A stretch of 64,000 nt of DNA. Origin: Candidatus Omnitrophota bacterium. GTDB taxonomy: Bacteria > Omnitrophota > Gorgyraeia > Gygaellales > JBFMHM01. The notes below the pieces were generated by a model. The model saw only the letters and a program-made list of their open reading frames with translations, did no database searches and was not told where the DNA came from. Where the stretch lies: assembly GCA_040753015.1 (NCBI GenBank), contig JBFMHM010000003.1, positions 83,463 through 147,462 of the forward strand, in the 5' to 3' direction. Within the stretch, counting starts at the first letter, position 1. Each line of letters starts with the position of its first letter. The position numbers and the translations under genes are program-made. This document shows, piece by piece, positions 10,248-20,133 of the stretch.

Positions 10248-11126
10248 TTATTTTTTATTACCCTTCTTCTTTAGATTATTATTTTGAAACAATTTTTTTG
10301 GCGGAAGAGGCGCAACAACACTAACCTGTTTCACGCTTTCCCATACTCCCTCACAATCTGTCTTAGGAATAGGATGGCCCATTTCATCATAAATTTCATG
10401 TATAATCCCCCGTACGGCATACGAAGCACCAAGTTGTTCAAATTGATAAGGTGTTCTAAGCTGTAATTCTCCTGTCTGCCCTGGCCTTATATTATTAATC
10501 ATGCCGCGCTCAAGAGAAATTCCTCCAACAGAGATCTCTGCTAAAACACTCACATTGATATCGCTTTCGTTAACAACCTTAAAATCTATCGCATATGATT
10601 GGCCAAAAACAGGCCTATCCGTTGATGCCGACTGATAATTCTTTCTGATATTCACATCCCCGGCTCTAATTTGGCAACGTTCAAAGCTCCTAACAATGAC
10701 GAATTGTCGCATTCTATTATTTGACTTATTATCTTCGTTTAGATGATTATTTGGATCTAAAACTATTTCTACTTCGTGTTTGCCTATCTCTCCAAAACCC
10801 CGAGATAAATTAAAACGCAGTTCTTTTTTTTCGTTCGAAGGTATACCACCCCTCAACATCTTAGACTCTACAAGTCTTCCATTATCATATAATGTAATAG
10901 GCGGCTCTGCCCACTGAGCATCAGCACCATTATTTTTAACTTCTATAACAACATCTACCGGAACCCCAATTTTACAATATTTCAAACTCTCTCCAGCCCC
11001 ATTTTCAACCACTACCTTTACCGACATAACACTCAAGTCATTATTAACCGCACTTACATCGCAACACCAAAACAAAGAAACAACTAACAAGACCAAAAAA
11101 AATGTAGCTCTACGCATATCCATCAC
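10248..11126 (-). CDS. Exported CARDB/Ig-like domain protein
   Basis: Signal peptide, DLSV...VKNNG...LDPNNHLNEDNKSNN CARDB signature; SD AGGAG upstream. Confidence 0.75.
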   Translation of the reverse strand: MMDMRRATFFLVLLVVSLFWCCDVSAVNNDLSVMSVKVVVENGAGESLKYCKIGVPVDVVIEVKNNGADAQWAEPPITLYDNGRLVESKMLRGGIPSNEKKELRFNLSRGFGEIGKHEVEIVLDPNNHLNEDNKSNNRMRQFVIVRSFERCQIRAGDVNIRKNYQSASTDRPVFGQSYAIDFKVVNESDINVSVLAEISVGGISLERGMINNIRPGQTGELQLRTPYQFEQLGASYAVRGIIHEIYDEMGHPIPKTDCEGVWESVKQVSVVAPLPPKKLFQNNNLKKKGNKK

Positions 11127-11193
11127 TCCTCCTTTTCTATAATAGGTTTTAATAAATTTTTTTATCTTTACTATCTAACATCGATAATAATCT

Positions 11194-12246
11194 TTAGAAG
11201 AATAGATCTAAATAACATTTTTTATAATCCAAATAATTATTTTTTATCTTTTTTAAAGAATCACGGCCGAATTTATCTAATACCGCTTTTGATAATTCAA
11301 ATGCGAGCATTGCCTCGGCAATCACGCCAGCAGCATATACTGCACAAGTATCAGTACGTTGAATAGTAGCAAGTTTTGCTTTTTTCGTTTTGATATCAAC
11401 TGAAGCAAGAGGTTTTCCTAATGTTGTAATTGGTTTCATGCAACAACGAATAATTAAATTTTCGCCATTCGTCATCCCGCCTTCGAAACCACCTGCATTG
11501 TTAGTATTCCGATAGTAGCCTCTTTGTTTAGAATGAAAAATTGCATCGTGAGATCTTGAACCCGTCTCTTTTGCATAGCCAAACCCAAGCCCAAACTCAA
11601 CTCCCTTAATCCCAGGTATTGACATAAAACTTGCGGCGATACAAGCGTCGAGCTTACGGTCATATTGCACATATGAACCTAAACCACAAGGAACATTTCT
11701 TGCTTCTACTTCGAAAATTCCGCCTAAGGTATCTTTAAGCTTAATAGCGGCCTCTATCTTTTTTTTCATAACTTCTTCAACGGTTGCCCCGCCGATCTCA
11801 ATAACTTTACTCGTAATTGAGATTTTAAACTCGCCTAGAAATGTTTTGCATATTGCACCAACTCCAACTCTAGCCGCGGTCTCTCTTGCTGAAGCACGTT
11901 CAAGCACAGCACGAATATCAGAAAATCCATATTTTAAAATACCCGCTAAATCTGCATGCCCTGGCCGAGGATTTGTAATAGTAGGCAAACTATCAATACT
12001 AAAATCCTTATTTTTTATTAAAAGTGCGATCGGGCTAGCGATTGTAATGCCATGGTATAATCCTGATAAAATTTCAATTTTGTCATTTTCAATCCCCATA
12101 CGTGGCCCACGGCCAAAACCAGTTTGCCGGCGCGTAAGCTCTTTATCAATAAAATCCTTATTAATTTTTAATCCAGCGGGTATACCCTCTAAAATTGCAA
12201 TTAATGATTTACCGTGGGATTCACCAGCAGTCAAAAACCTAAGCAT
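11194..12246 (-). CDS. aroC: Chorismate synthase
   Basis: MLRFLTAGESHG start at 12246, PRPGHADL, ERASARETA, NNAGGFEGG. Confidence 0.95.
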   Translation of the reverse strand: MLRFLTAGESHGKSLIAILEGIPAGLKINKDFIDKELTRRQTGFGRGPRMGIENDKIEILSGLYHGITIASPIALLIKNKDFSIDSLPTITNPRPGHADLAGILKYGFSDIRAVLERASARETAARVGVGAICKTFLGEFKISITSKVIEIGGATVEEVMKKKIEAAIKLKDTLGGIFEVEARNVPCGLGSYVQYDRKLDACIAASFMSIPGIKGVEFGLGFGYAKETGSRSHDAIFHSKQRGYYRNTNNAGGFEGGMTNGENLIIRCCMKPITTLGKPLASVDIKTKKAKLATIQRTDTCAVYAAGVIAEAMLAFELSKAVLDKFGRDSLKKIKNNYLDYKKCYLDLFF

Positions 12247-12934
12247 ACCTACCTCTTTTCTTCTTCTTTGTTCTAGCAAACACTTTTGGCTTAGAAACTT
12301 TATTATAAAATTCCCTGATAATAGTTAAAACTTCCTTAGGATCATCTACAATATTAAAAAGGTTCAAATCATGCCTATCAATACAACATTCTTTGACCAT
12401 TATATCTTCTAACCAATTCTTTAAACCATTCCAATAATTACTACCAACTAAAATAACAGGAAATTTATTAATTCTTTCTGTCTGAATTAAGGTTAACGCT
12501 TCAAATAGTTCATCTAGAGTCCCAAAACCGCCTGGTAAGATTATAAATGCCTTTGCATATTTAACAAACATTACTTTACGACAGAAAAAATAACGAAAAT
12601 CTAGTAATGTTTTAACAAAGGAGTTCGCTTTCTGTTCATGAGGAATTTGAATATTTAAACCTATGGACTTGCCATTCGCGCGAACAGCGCCTTTATTCGC
12701 CGCTTCCATAATTCCTGGGCCACCGCCGGTAATAACCGCATAACCCTCTTTTGATAAAAGATAGGATATACTTTCTGCCATCTGATAATATTTATTCCCT
12801 GGGCGGGTTCTCGCAGAACCAAATATTGATACAGCTTCGCCAACTCTTGACAATGTTTCAAAACCATCAACAAACTCTGACATTATCCTAAATACGCGCC
12901 AAGGATCTTCTGTAGTAAAATCTTCATTTTTCAT
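12239..12934 (-). CDS. LOG-family Rossmann-fold protein (TIGR00730-like)
   Basis: FGSAR, TGGGPGIMEA, PGGFGTLDE; ATG at 12934 overlaps the purB stop (ATGA). Confidence 0.9.
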   Translation of the reverse strand: MKNEDFTTEDPWRVFRIMSEFVDGFETLSRVGEAVSIFGSARTRPGNKYYQMAESISYLLSKEGYAVITGGGPGIMEAANKGAVRANGKSIGLNIQIPHEQKANSFVKTLLDFRYFFCRKVMFVKYAKAFIILPGGFGTLDELFEALTLIQTERINKFPVILVGSNYWNGLKNWLEDIMVKECCIDRHDLNLFNIVDDPKEVLTIIREFYNKVSKPKVFARTKKKKRGRYA

Positions 12935-14241
12935 CGCATTTTCCATTTCACACCTATAACCTTTTTAAATATTTCATCTACATTTCTTAAATAATAATCT
13001 AAATTAAAGCAATTTTCTATTTCCTGTTTAGAGATATATTTCATTATTTGCCTATCTTTCAAAAGTTCATTTTTAAAATCTAATGATTCATGCCAACTTT
13101 TTAATGCAATCCTTTGGACTAAATCATAAGCTTTAGGCCGGATCATGCCATTATTCATAAGCGTAACCAAAACTTTTTGCGAAAAAATCAGGCCATGCGT
13201 TTTATTAAGATTAACCAACATATTATTTGGGTAAACAATTAAACCATTTATCACATAGATAAATTTATTAAGCATGTAATCTAAAAGAATAGTTGCATCA
13301 GGAAAACTTACCCTTTCAACTGACGAATGGCTAATATCGCGCTCGTGCCAAAGGTTAATATTTTCTAAAGATGCCTGGGCATAACCTCGCATAAGACGAC
13401 TCATCCCGCATATTCTTTCGCAAATTACAGGATTGCGTTTATGCGGCATTGCCGATGATCCTTTTTGGCCACGGCTAAACGGTTCTTCAACTTCCAAAAC
13501 CTCAGTTCTCTGCAGATGACGAATCTCAAACGCACATCTTTCTAAGCTTGAGGCAATCAATGCAAGCGTATTCAAAAAATTTGCGTGAACATCGCGAAGA
13601 ATTATTTGAGTAGAAATTTTTGCCGGGCGTAATCCTAACTTTTTACAGACATAATCTTCAACTAAAGGCGAAATATTAGAAAATGTACCCACTGCACCGG
13701 ATATTTTACCTACGGAAACTTCATCTCTTATTTTTTTTAGTCTTCCTAAACTGCGAAGTAATTCATCATACATCAAAAGCAGCTTCAACCCAAATGTAGT
13801 TGGTTCAGCATGTATGCCATGAGTACGGCCAATACAAACCATATCTTTATATAAACAAGCTTTTTTCTTTATGATTACAAGAAGTTTCTCTAAATCATTA
13901 ATTAAAATACCGCTGGATTTTTTTAATTGAATACTTAATGCTGTATCAAGAATATCTGAAGAGGTAACTCCTTTATGAATATATTTGGCAAGCGGGCCTA
14001 AGCTTTCTGAAATATTTAATACAAAAGCAACAACATCATGATTAGTTTTGTCTTCAATTTTTCTAATTTTCTCTACATTAATCTTAGCAAGCTTACGAAT
14101 TTTTTCTGCTGCGCTTTTAGAAACTTCGCCAAGCTTGCTTTGAGCCTCAACAATACAAAGCTCAACTTCAAGCATAATCTTAAATCTGGACTCATCTGTC
14201 CAAATTTTGGACATTTCTGGTAAACTATAACGCTCAATCAT
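12931..14241 (-). CDS. purB: Adenylosuccinate lyase
   Basis: MIERY, HDVVAF, GRTHGIHAEPTTFG, GSSAMPHKRNP. Confidence 0.97.
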   Translation of the reverse strand: MIERYSLPEMSKIWTDESRFKIMLEVELCIVEAQSKLGEVSKSAAEKIRKLAKINVEKIRKIEDKTNHDVVAFVLNISESLGPLAKYIHKGVTSSDILDTALSIQLKKSSGILINDLEKLLVIIKKKACLYKDMVCIGRTHGIHAEPTTFGLKLLLMYDELLRSLGRLKKIRDEVSVGKISGAVGTFSNISPLVEDYVCKKLGLRPAKISTQIILRDVHANFLNTLALIASSLERCAFEIRHLQRTEVLEVEEPFSRGQKGSSAMPHKRNPVICERICGMSRLMRGYAQASLENINLWHERDISHSSVERVSFPDATILLDYMLNKFIYVINGLIVYPNNMLVNLNKTHGLIFSQKVLVTLMNNGMIRPKAYDLVQRIALKSWHESLDFKNELLKDRQIMKYISKQEIENCFNLDYYLRNVDEIFKKVIGVKWKMR

Positions 14242-14247
14242 ATTTTA

Positions 14248-14276
14248 ATCATAGCAAAAATAGCCAGCCCGGTCAA
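14248..14276 (-). promoter_or_regulatory. Sigma70-type promoter of purB, probably leaderless
   Basis: TTGACC-17-TATGAT with extended TG; 6 nt to ATG; no SD. Confidence 0.7.
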
Positions 14277-14306
14277 CAAAAAACCCCGATTTTTTAGTCG
14301 GGGTTT
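14277..14306 (-). terminator. Intrinsic terminator after tRNA-fMet
   Basis: aaaccccga/tcggggttt stem followed by a T-run on the minus strand. Confidence 0.8.
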
Positions 14307-14309
14307 ATA

Positions 14310-14386
14310 TGGTTGCGGGGGACAGATTTGAACTGTCGGCCTCAAGGTTATGAGCCTTGCGAGCTACCAGACTGCTCCACCCCGCG
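14310..14386 (-). tRNA. tRNA-Met(CAT), initiator type
   Basis: cgcggggtggagcagtctggtagctcg...ctCATaa...ttcaaat...cgcaacca; C1:A72 mismatch; CCA encoded. Confidence 0.95.
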
Positions 14387-14439
14387 ATTAATCTAAAATA
14401 ACGATTTAATTATTATAGCCTAAAAAACTACTTTTGCAA

Positions 14440-16004
<1,565 letters not shown>

Positions 16005-16035
16005 TTATAAAATGAATTTGTTACAATAAAAAATT

Positions 16036-16063
16036 ATTATACACGCAATAACATTTAAGTCAA
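16036..16063 (-). promoter_or_regulatory. Sigma70-type promoter of eno
   Basis: TTGACT-16-TATAAT. Confidence 0.6.
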
Positions 16064-16069
16064 ATATAT

Positions 16070-16098
16070 TTGACGCGGGCTTATTTTTATGTTATTCT
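16070..16098 (+). promoter_or_regulatory. Sigma70-type promoter of FtsH-like gene, probably leaderless
   Basis: TTGACG-17-TATTCT with extended TG; 8 nt to ATG at 16107; no SD. Confidence 0.65.
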
Positions 16099-16106
16099 TC
16101 TCTATT

Positions 16107-17789
16107 ATGACATGGAAGAAGTTCAAATTTCATTTTAAGCAAAACTGGGCAAAAGTAGCGCTAACAATTGGCTTAACTATATTGCTAATAAGCCTTATTA
16201 TTCTTATTGCAAAAGGTATGCGTTCTTGGAACGAAACCGAACCTTATGTGCGCGAAGCCCAGCTTGCCATGATACCCATACAGCTCTACCTACAATTAGT
16301 TATGGCCCTTATCTTTGGCATCGTATACACTTATATGTGGTATTGGCTGATGTTTAAACGCGGAGCTCAAAGCTTTACGCAAGCTGCAAAAAAATCTATT
16401 GCCGGAGCAAGTATCGGAATTAAATGGACTGATGTTATTGGTATGGATGAAGCAAAACAAGAAGCCCTAGAAGTTGTAAAATTAATTACTGACCGCGCAC
16501 AACTACAAAGAATTGGAGGCAAAATTTTAAAGGGCATTCTAATGATGGGGCCTCCCGGATGCGGAAAAACTTATCTTGCAAAAGCAATTGCAACCGAAGC
16601 AAAAATGCCATTTATTTCAATGTCCGGATCTGAATTTGTTGAAATGTTTGTAGGTGTAGGCGCAGGCCGCATCAGAAGTTTATTCAAGAAAGCCCGCCAA
16701 CTTGCTGAACTTGAAGGCGGTTGTATTATTTTTATCGATGAAATTGATGCCGTAGGAGCCCAACGCGCGGCTGATAGAGGTTTTGGCGGGCAAAGTGAAA
16801 CTAATACCACGTTGAATCAGTTGTTAGTGGAAATGGACGGCCTAAAAGAAAAAGATTTAAATATTGTCATCATCGGAGCAACAAACATGCCCGAGTATTT
16901 CCTTGATGCAGCGCTTCTTCGCCCAGGAAGGTTTGACAGAAAAATTTATGTTGATAAACCCAGCCTCGAGGATAGAGAAAAATTATTCGCTTATTATCTT
17001 AAGAATGTAAAATATGACGAAACAGATGTTAAAATTGACCGCCTAGCAAAAATATCTGTAGGAAACAGCCCTGCTGATATCGCAAACATCATCAGAGAAG
17101 CTGCGCTAATTGCTGTACGCAACAGTAAACCAGCAATAACAATGAAAGACATAGATGATGCGCGTGAACGAATTGCCCTTGGCATAAAACGCCGAATAAA
17201 AATAAGCGATAAACAAAAATTACAGACCGCCTATCATGAGGCAGGCCATGCTATAGTAACATATCTTTTAGTACCGACAAAAGATGTGTTTAAAATTACA
17301 ATTACGCCGCGTGGGCACACCGGAGGCGTTACTTGGGTGCCTGAAAAAGAAGAAATTTTAATCGAGGATCAAACGCAACTTCTAAACGATATTAGAATAT
17401 CTCTTGGCTCGTATGCAGCAGAAAAAATTAAGCTCGGGTTTACCACATCCGGTGTGGGAAGCGATTTTGCAAATGCCCTTTATACCGCGCATAATATGGT
17501 TTGGCGTATGGGTATGGGCAAATCTGGAATAATCGGTGATTTCCATGCCCTTGATTTTTATCGGCGTGTTGGCGGACAACCGCTAATGTCTGAGGAAATC
17601 AAAGCACAACTTGACAAAGACACGCAAGATATCATGCAAACATGCCTTAAAGAAGTATCTAGCCTCCTCAAACAAGAAGAACCTCTTCTAGACAGGCTTG
17701 CTAAAGAATTAATTACAAAAGAAGAACTCAATTATGATGAAATTGAAACTATCTTTAAGGAGTTTGGCAAAACTAGGCCTGCTGCTTAA
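16107..17789 (+). CDS. FtsH-like AAA+ zinc metalloprotease (M41)
   Basis: Two TM segments, Walker A GPPGCGKT, Walker B IIFIDEID, LLRPGRFDR, HEAGH. Start placed at 16107 from the promoter position. Confidence 0.9.
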   Translation: MTWKKFKFHFKQNWAKVALTIGLTILLISLIILIAKGMRSWNETEPYVREAQLAMIPIQLYLQLVMALIFGIVYTYMWYWLMFKRGAQSFTQAAKKSIAGASIGIKWTDVIGMDEAKQEALEVVKLITDRAQLQRIGGKILKGILMMGPPGCGKTYLAKAIATEAKMPFISMSGSEFVEMFVGVGAGRIRSLFKKARQLAELEGGCIIFIDEIDAVGAQRAADRGFGGQSETNTTLNQLLVEMDGLKEKDLNIVIIGATNMPEYFLDAALLRPGRFDRKIYVDKPSLEDREKLFAYYLKNVKYDETDVKIDRLAKISVGNSPADIANIIREAALIAVRNSKPAITMKDIDDARERIALGIKRRIKISDKQKLQTAYHEAGHAIVTYLLVPTKDVFKITITPRGHTGGVTWVPEKEEILIEDQTQLLNDIRISLGSYAAEKIKLGFTTSGVGSDFANALYTAHNMVWRMGMGKSGIIGDFHALDFYRRVGGQPLMSEEIKAQLDKDTQDIMQTCLKEVSSLLKQEEPLLDRLAKELITKEELNYDEIETIFKEFGKTRPAA

Positions 17790-18630
17790 TCTTTTTTTTA
17801 TCCCCATATTTTTTCTCGGTTGCACAAACAATAAAAATATACCGCAATCAAAGACAGGCATTGACAAAATTATCGTAGATACCTGCAAACAAAAATATAA
17901 TATCGATGTTACAACGAGAATTTCTGGGCAAACGCTTTGGATTTATTTACCACTGGAAGATATCATAGAAAAGGCGCAAAAAGAGGAAAAATTTACCGAA
18001 CGATATTCCGCGGAAAAAATTGACACTGATTTTGCCGAAGAAACAATAAAAATAGATTATTTGATTAGAGATGTCCCGGAGACAGAAAAAACCCACCAGG
18101 TAAGCTACACAAAAGATGCTAAAGATAAAATTAATAGAGTTTGGAAAGTAATTCATAGCGCAATTTTCGATATCAAACACAGCTTTAATGAAGGAATGCA
18201 ATTTTTTTGTTTTGTAATTGCCGATATAAAAAATGGCTTTGAGGTAAAACAAGTTGCTTATGTGCCGGACTTAAAAAAAATATCTTACGGAATTATCTTA
18301 GGTAATGAATTTCAGCATCGTACCGTAACAGAGGACCTTAATATATCATTTGATATTACGGGCGATAAAACCGGAAAACACTTAGAATACCATGATATAA
18401 CCTTAAATGAATTCTTAAGCGGCCAAATTAAACAACGGATAAAACAAAAATTCCAACGCCCAGAAGTTGATAGAAATATTGATATTGACCAAGAGATAAT
18501 AAAAACAACAATTTACGTTTTAAAAGTTTATGACTTCAAAGATTTTTCAGAGGTTGAATTCAATAATTTACTCACCAATAAAAACTCTACCCTTGGCAAG
18601 ACACTTATTTGGAAGGATTTAGTTAGATAA
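17734..18630 (+). CDS. Hypothetical lipoprotein
   Basis: Hydrophobic signal ending in lipobox FLGC; overlaps the FtsH-like 3' end. Confidence 0.65.
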   Translation: MMKLKLSLRSLAKLGLLLNLFFIPIFFLGCTNNKNIPQSKTGIDKIIVDTCKQKYNIDVTTRISGQTLWIYLPLEDIIEKAQKEEKFTERYSAEKIDTDFAEETIKIDYLIRDVPETEKTHQVSYTKDAKDKINRVWKVIHSAIFDIKHSFNEGMQFFCFVIADIKNGFEVKQVAYVPDLKKISYGIILGNEFQHRTVTEDLNISFDITGDKTGKHLEYHDITLNEFLSGQIKQRIKQKFQRPEVDRNIDIDQEIIKTTIYVLKVYDFKDFSEVEFNNLLTNKNSTLGKTLIWKDLVR

Positions 18631-18648
18631 AATCTATTGAAAAAATAA

Positions 18649-19455
18649 TCAAAATTTGGGTTTAATGCTATATTTCTCTATAAGCAGCGGAATTGTTTGT
18701 TTGGCATTTACGATCAAATCTGCTTCGGTTTCTTCGAATAAAAATGGCCTAAGCGTTTCAGCTTGTTTTTTTAATTCATCATTAGAAAAATCCTCTATTC
18801 TTTTTATAATGCTATCTAAGGGGTTGGATTTAATCCCTAATGCCCTCAAAACATCAATATTAATTGGATACTTATTGGAAAGCATAAACATAATATCATA
18901 AATATGCCTTGCGCGATTTTTCTTATTTAAAGCATCTATTTTATCCGCAAATAACGCTCCTTTTTCCGTGCATATACAAGGATATAGCTCACCAAAGGCG
19001 GATATAAGTTGGGTGTCTGGCTTTATTTCCCATTTAGGATTATTGGTTTCTACTTTAATAATAATACCTGATTTTTGTGAATATTTAGATATAACATTAT
19101 ATGATTTTTCAATATCAGGAAAAATTAATTTTGAAACATAAATATTATCCCAATGGCCAAATTCCAGCGCTAATTTTATTCCAACGCGTTCTAATTCTAT
19201 TTTTATTTTTTTTAAAATACCCTCGAATAAAACTCTATCCATATTGCTTGCATTAAAATCCAAATCCTCAGAAAATCTCTTTAGATTATGCACCAGTCTT
19301 AAATAAGTTCCGCCGGTGAAAAAAAGCGATTTGGTTTGTTTGTATAATTCCTTTAATACTAGAACCTGTAAATACTCCCTCAAAATTCCTCTAACTTTAC
19401 TAGTAGGCATTTGTCTTACCTTGGCTTGCTCTATTAAAGAATCATAGGTTAGCAT
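18649..19455 (-). CDS. AbiEii/AbiGii-family nucleotidyltransferase toxin
   Basis: FTGGTYLRLVH-RFSEDLDF motif, K and RHIYD motifs. Confidence 0.88.
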   Translation of the reverse strand: MLTYDSLIEQAKVRQMPTSKVRGILREYLQVLVLKELYKQTKSLFFTGGTYLRLVHNLKRFSEDLDFNASNMDRVLFEGILKKIKIELERVGIKLALEFGHWDNIYVSKLIFPDIEKSYNVISKYSQKSGIIIKVETNNPKWEIKPDTQLISAFGELYPCICTEKGALFADKIDALNKKNRARHIYDIMFMLSNKYPINIDVLRALGIKSNPLDSIIKRIEDFSNDELKKQAETLRPFLFEETEADLIVNAKQTIPLLIEKYSIKPKF

Positions 19456-20053
19456 AAATCAACTCCTTTAGGTTAAGCTTATAAATTTGCGCGTATTTAT
19501 CCAATTTTTTCTTCTTGAGATTGGAAATAATATCTCTATCAAGCCTCTCTTCTTCAAAATTAAATTTTTTATTGCGATAAGTTTTAAAATATAAATAATC
19601 CACTAATGCTTTTTCCGGTTCAGCAATAAAAATATCAAAGTTTCCCTGTTTTTCTACATAATAACCGCAAAATGCCTCTGGCTTAACTGTACGATAGGTA
19701 AAAAGGCCGTGTTTATTTTTAAATTTACGCGTAGATTTTGTAGTAACAGAAGTTACACTCATAGCAACTTCGGAAATAATACTATAATTAGATAGAGCTG
19801 TCTCTAGAGACACATAAGATGGCGCATACAATCTATTTGCAATATAAAAATCCGGAATATTGAAATCTCTGGGGTAGCTTAATTCGTAACACTCTTTCTT
19901 TAAAGCAGTTAACCAGCCCTTCTCTTTCCATCTAGAAATCATTTTCTTAAGATTGATTTTATTTTCTTTGGGAAAAAATGCTAAAGTATCTTTAAAAGAA
20001 AAAAGGTAATATTTATTTTGCTCCAATTTTCCGTATAAATCATGGAATTTCAT
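19442..20053 (-). CDS. AbiEi-like antitoxin / transcription regulator (type IV TA)
   Basis: PSYVSLETALSNY, IAEPEKALVDYLY; overlaps and precedes abiEii. Confidence 0.85.
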   Translation of the reverse strand: MKFHDLYGKLEQNKYYLFSFKDTLAFFPKENKINLKKMISRWKEKGWLTALKKECYELSYPRDFNIPDFYIANRLYAPSYVSLETALSNYSIISEVAMSVTSVTTKSTRKFKNKHGLFTYRTVKPEAFCGYYVEKQGNFDIFIAEPEKALVDYLYFKTYRNKKFNFEEERLDRDIISNLKKKKLDKYAQIYKLNLKELIYANL

Positions 20054-20085
20054 TAAGTATACCTTTCTGTCTACCTACGGAAATA

Positions 20086-20114
20086 AGTATATAATACAAA
20101 TTTCCTTCTGTCAA
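20086..20114 (-). promoter_or_regulatory. Promoter of the AbiE operon
   Basis: TTGACA-17-TATACT, SD GAAAGG downstream. Confidence 0.75.
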
Positions 20115-20133
20115 GTTTATTTTCAAAAAAGTT

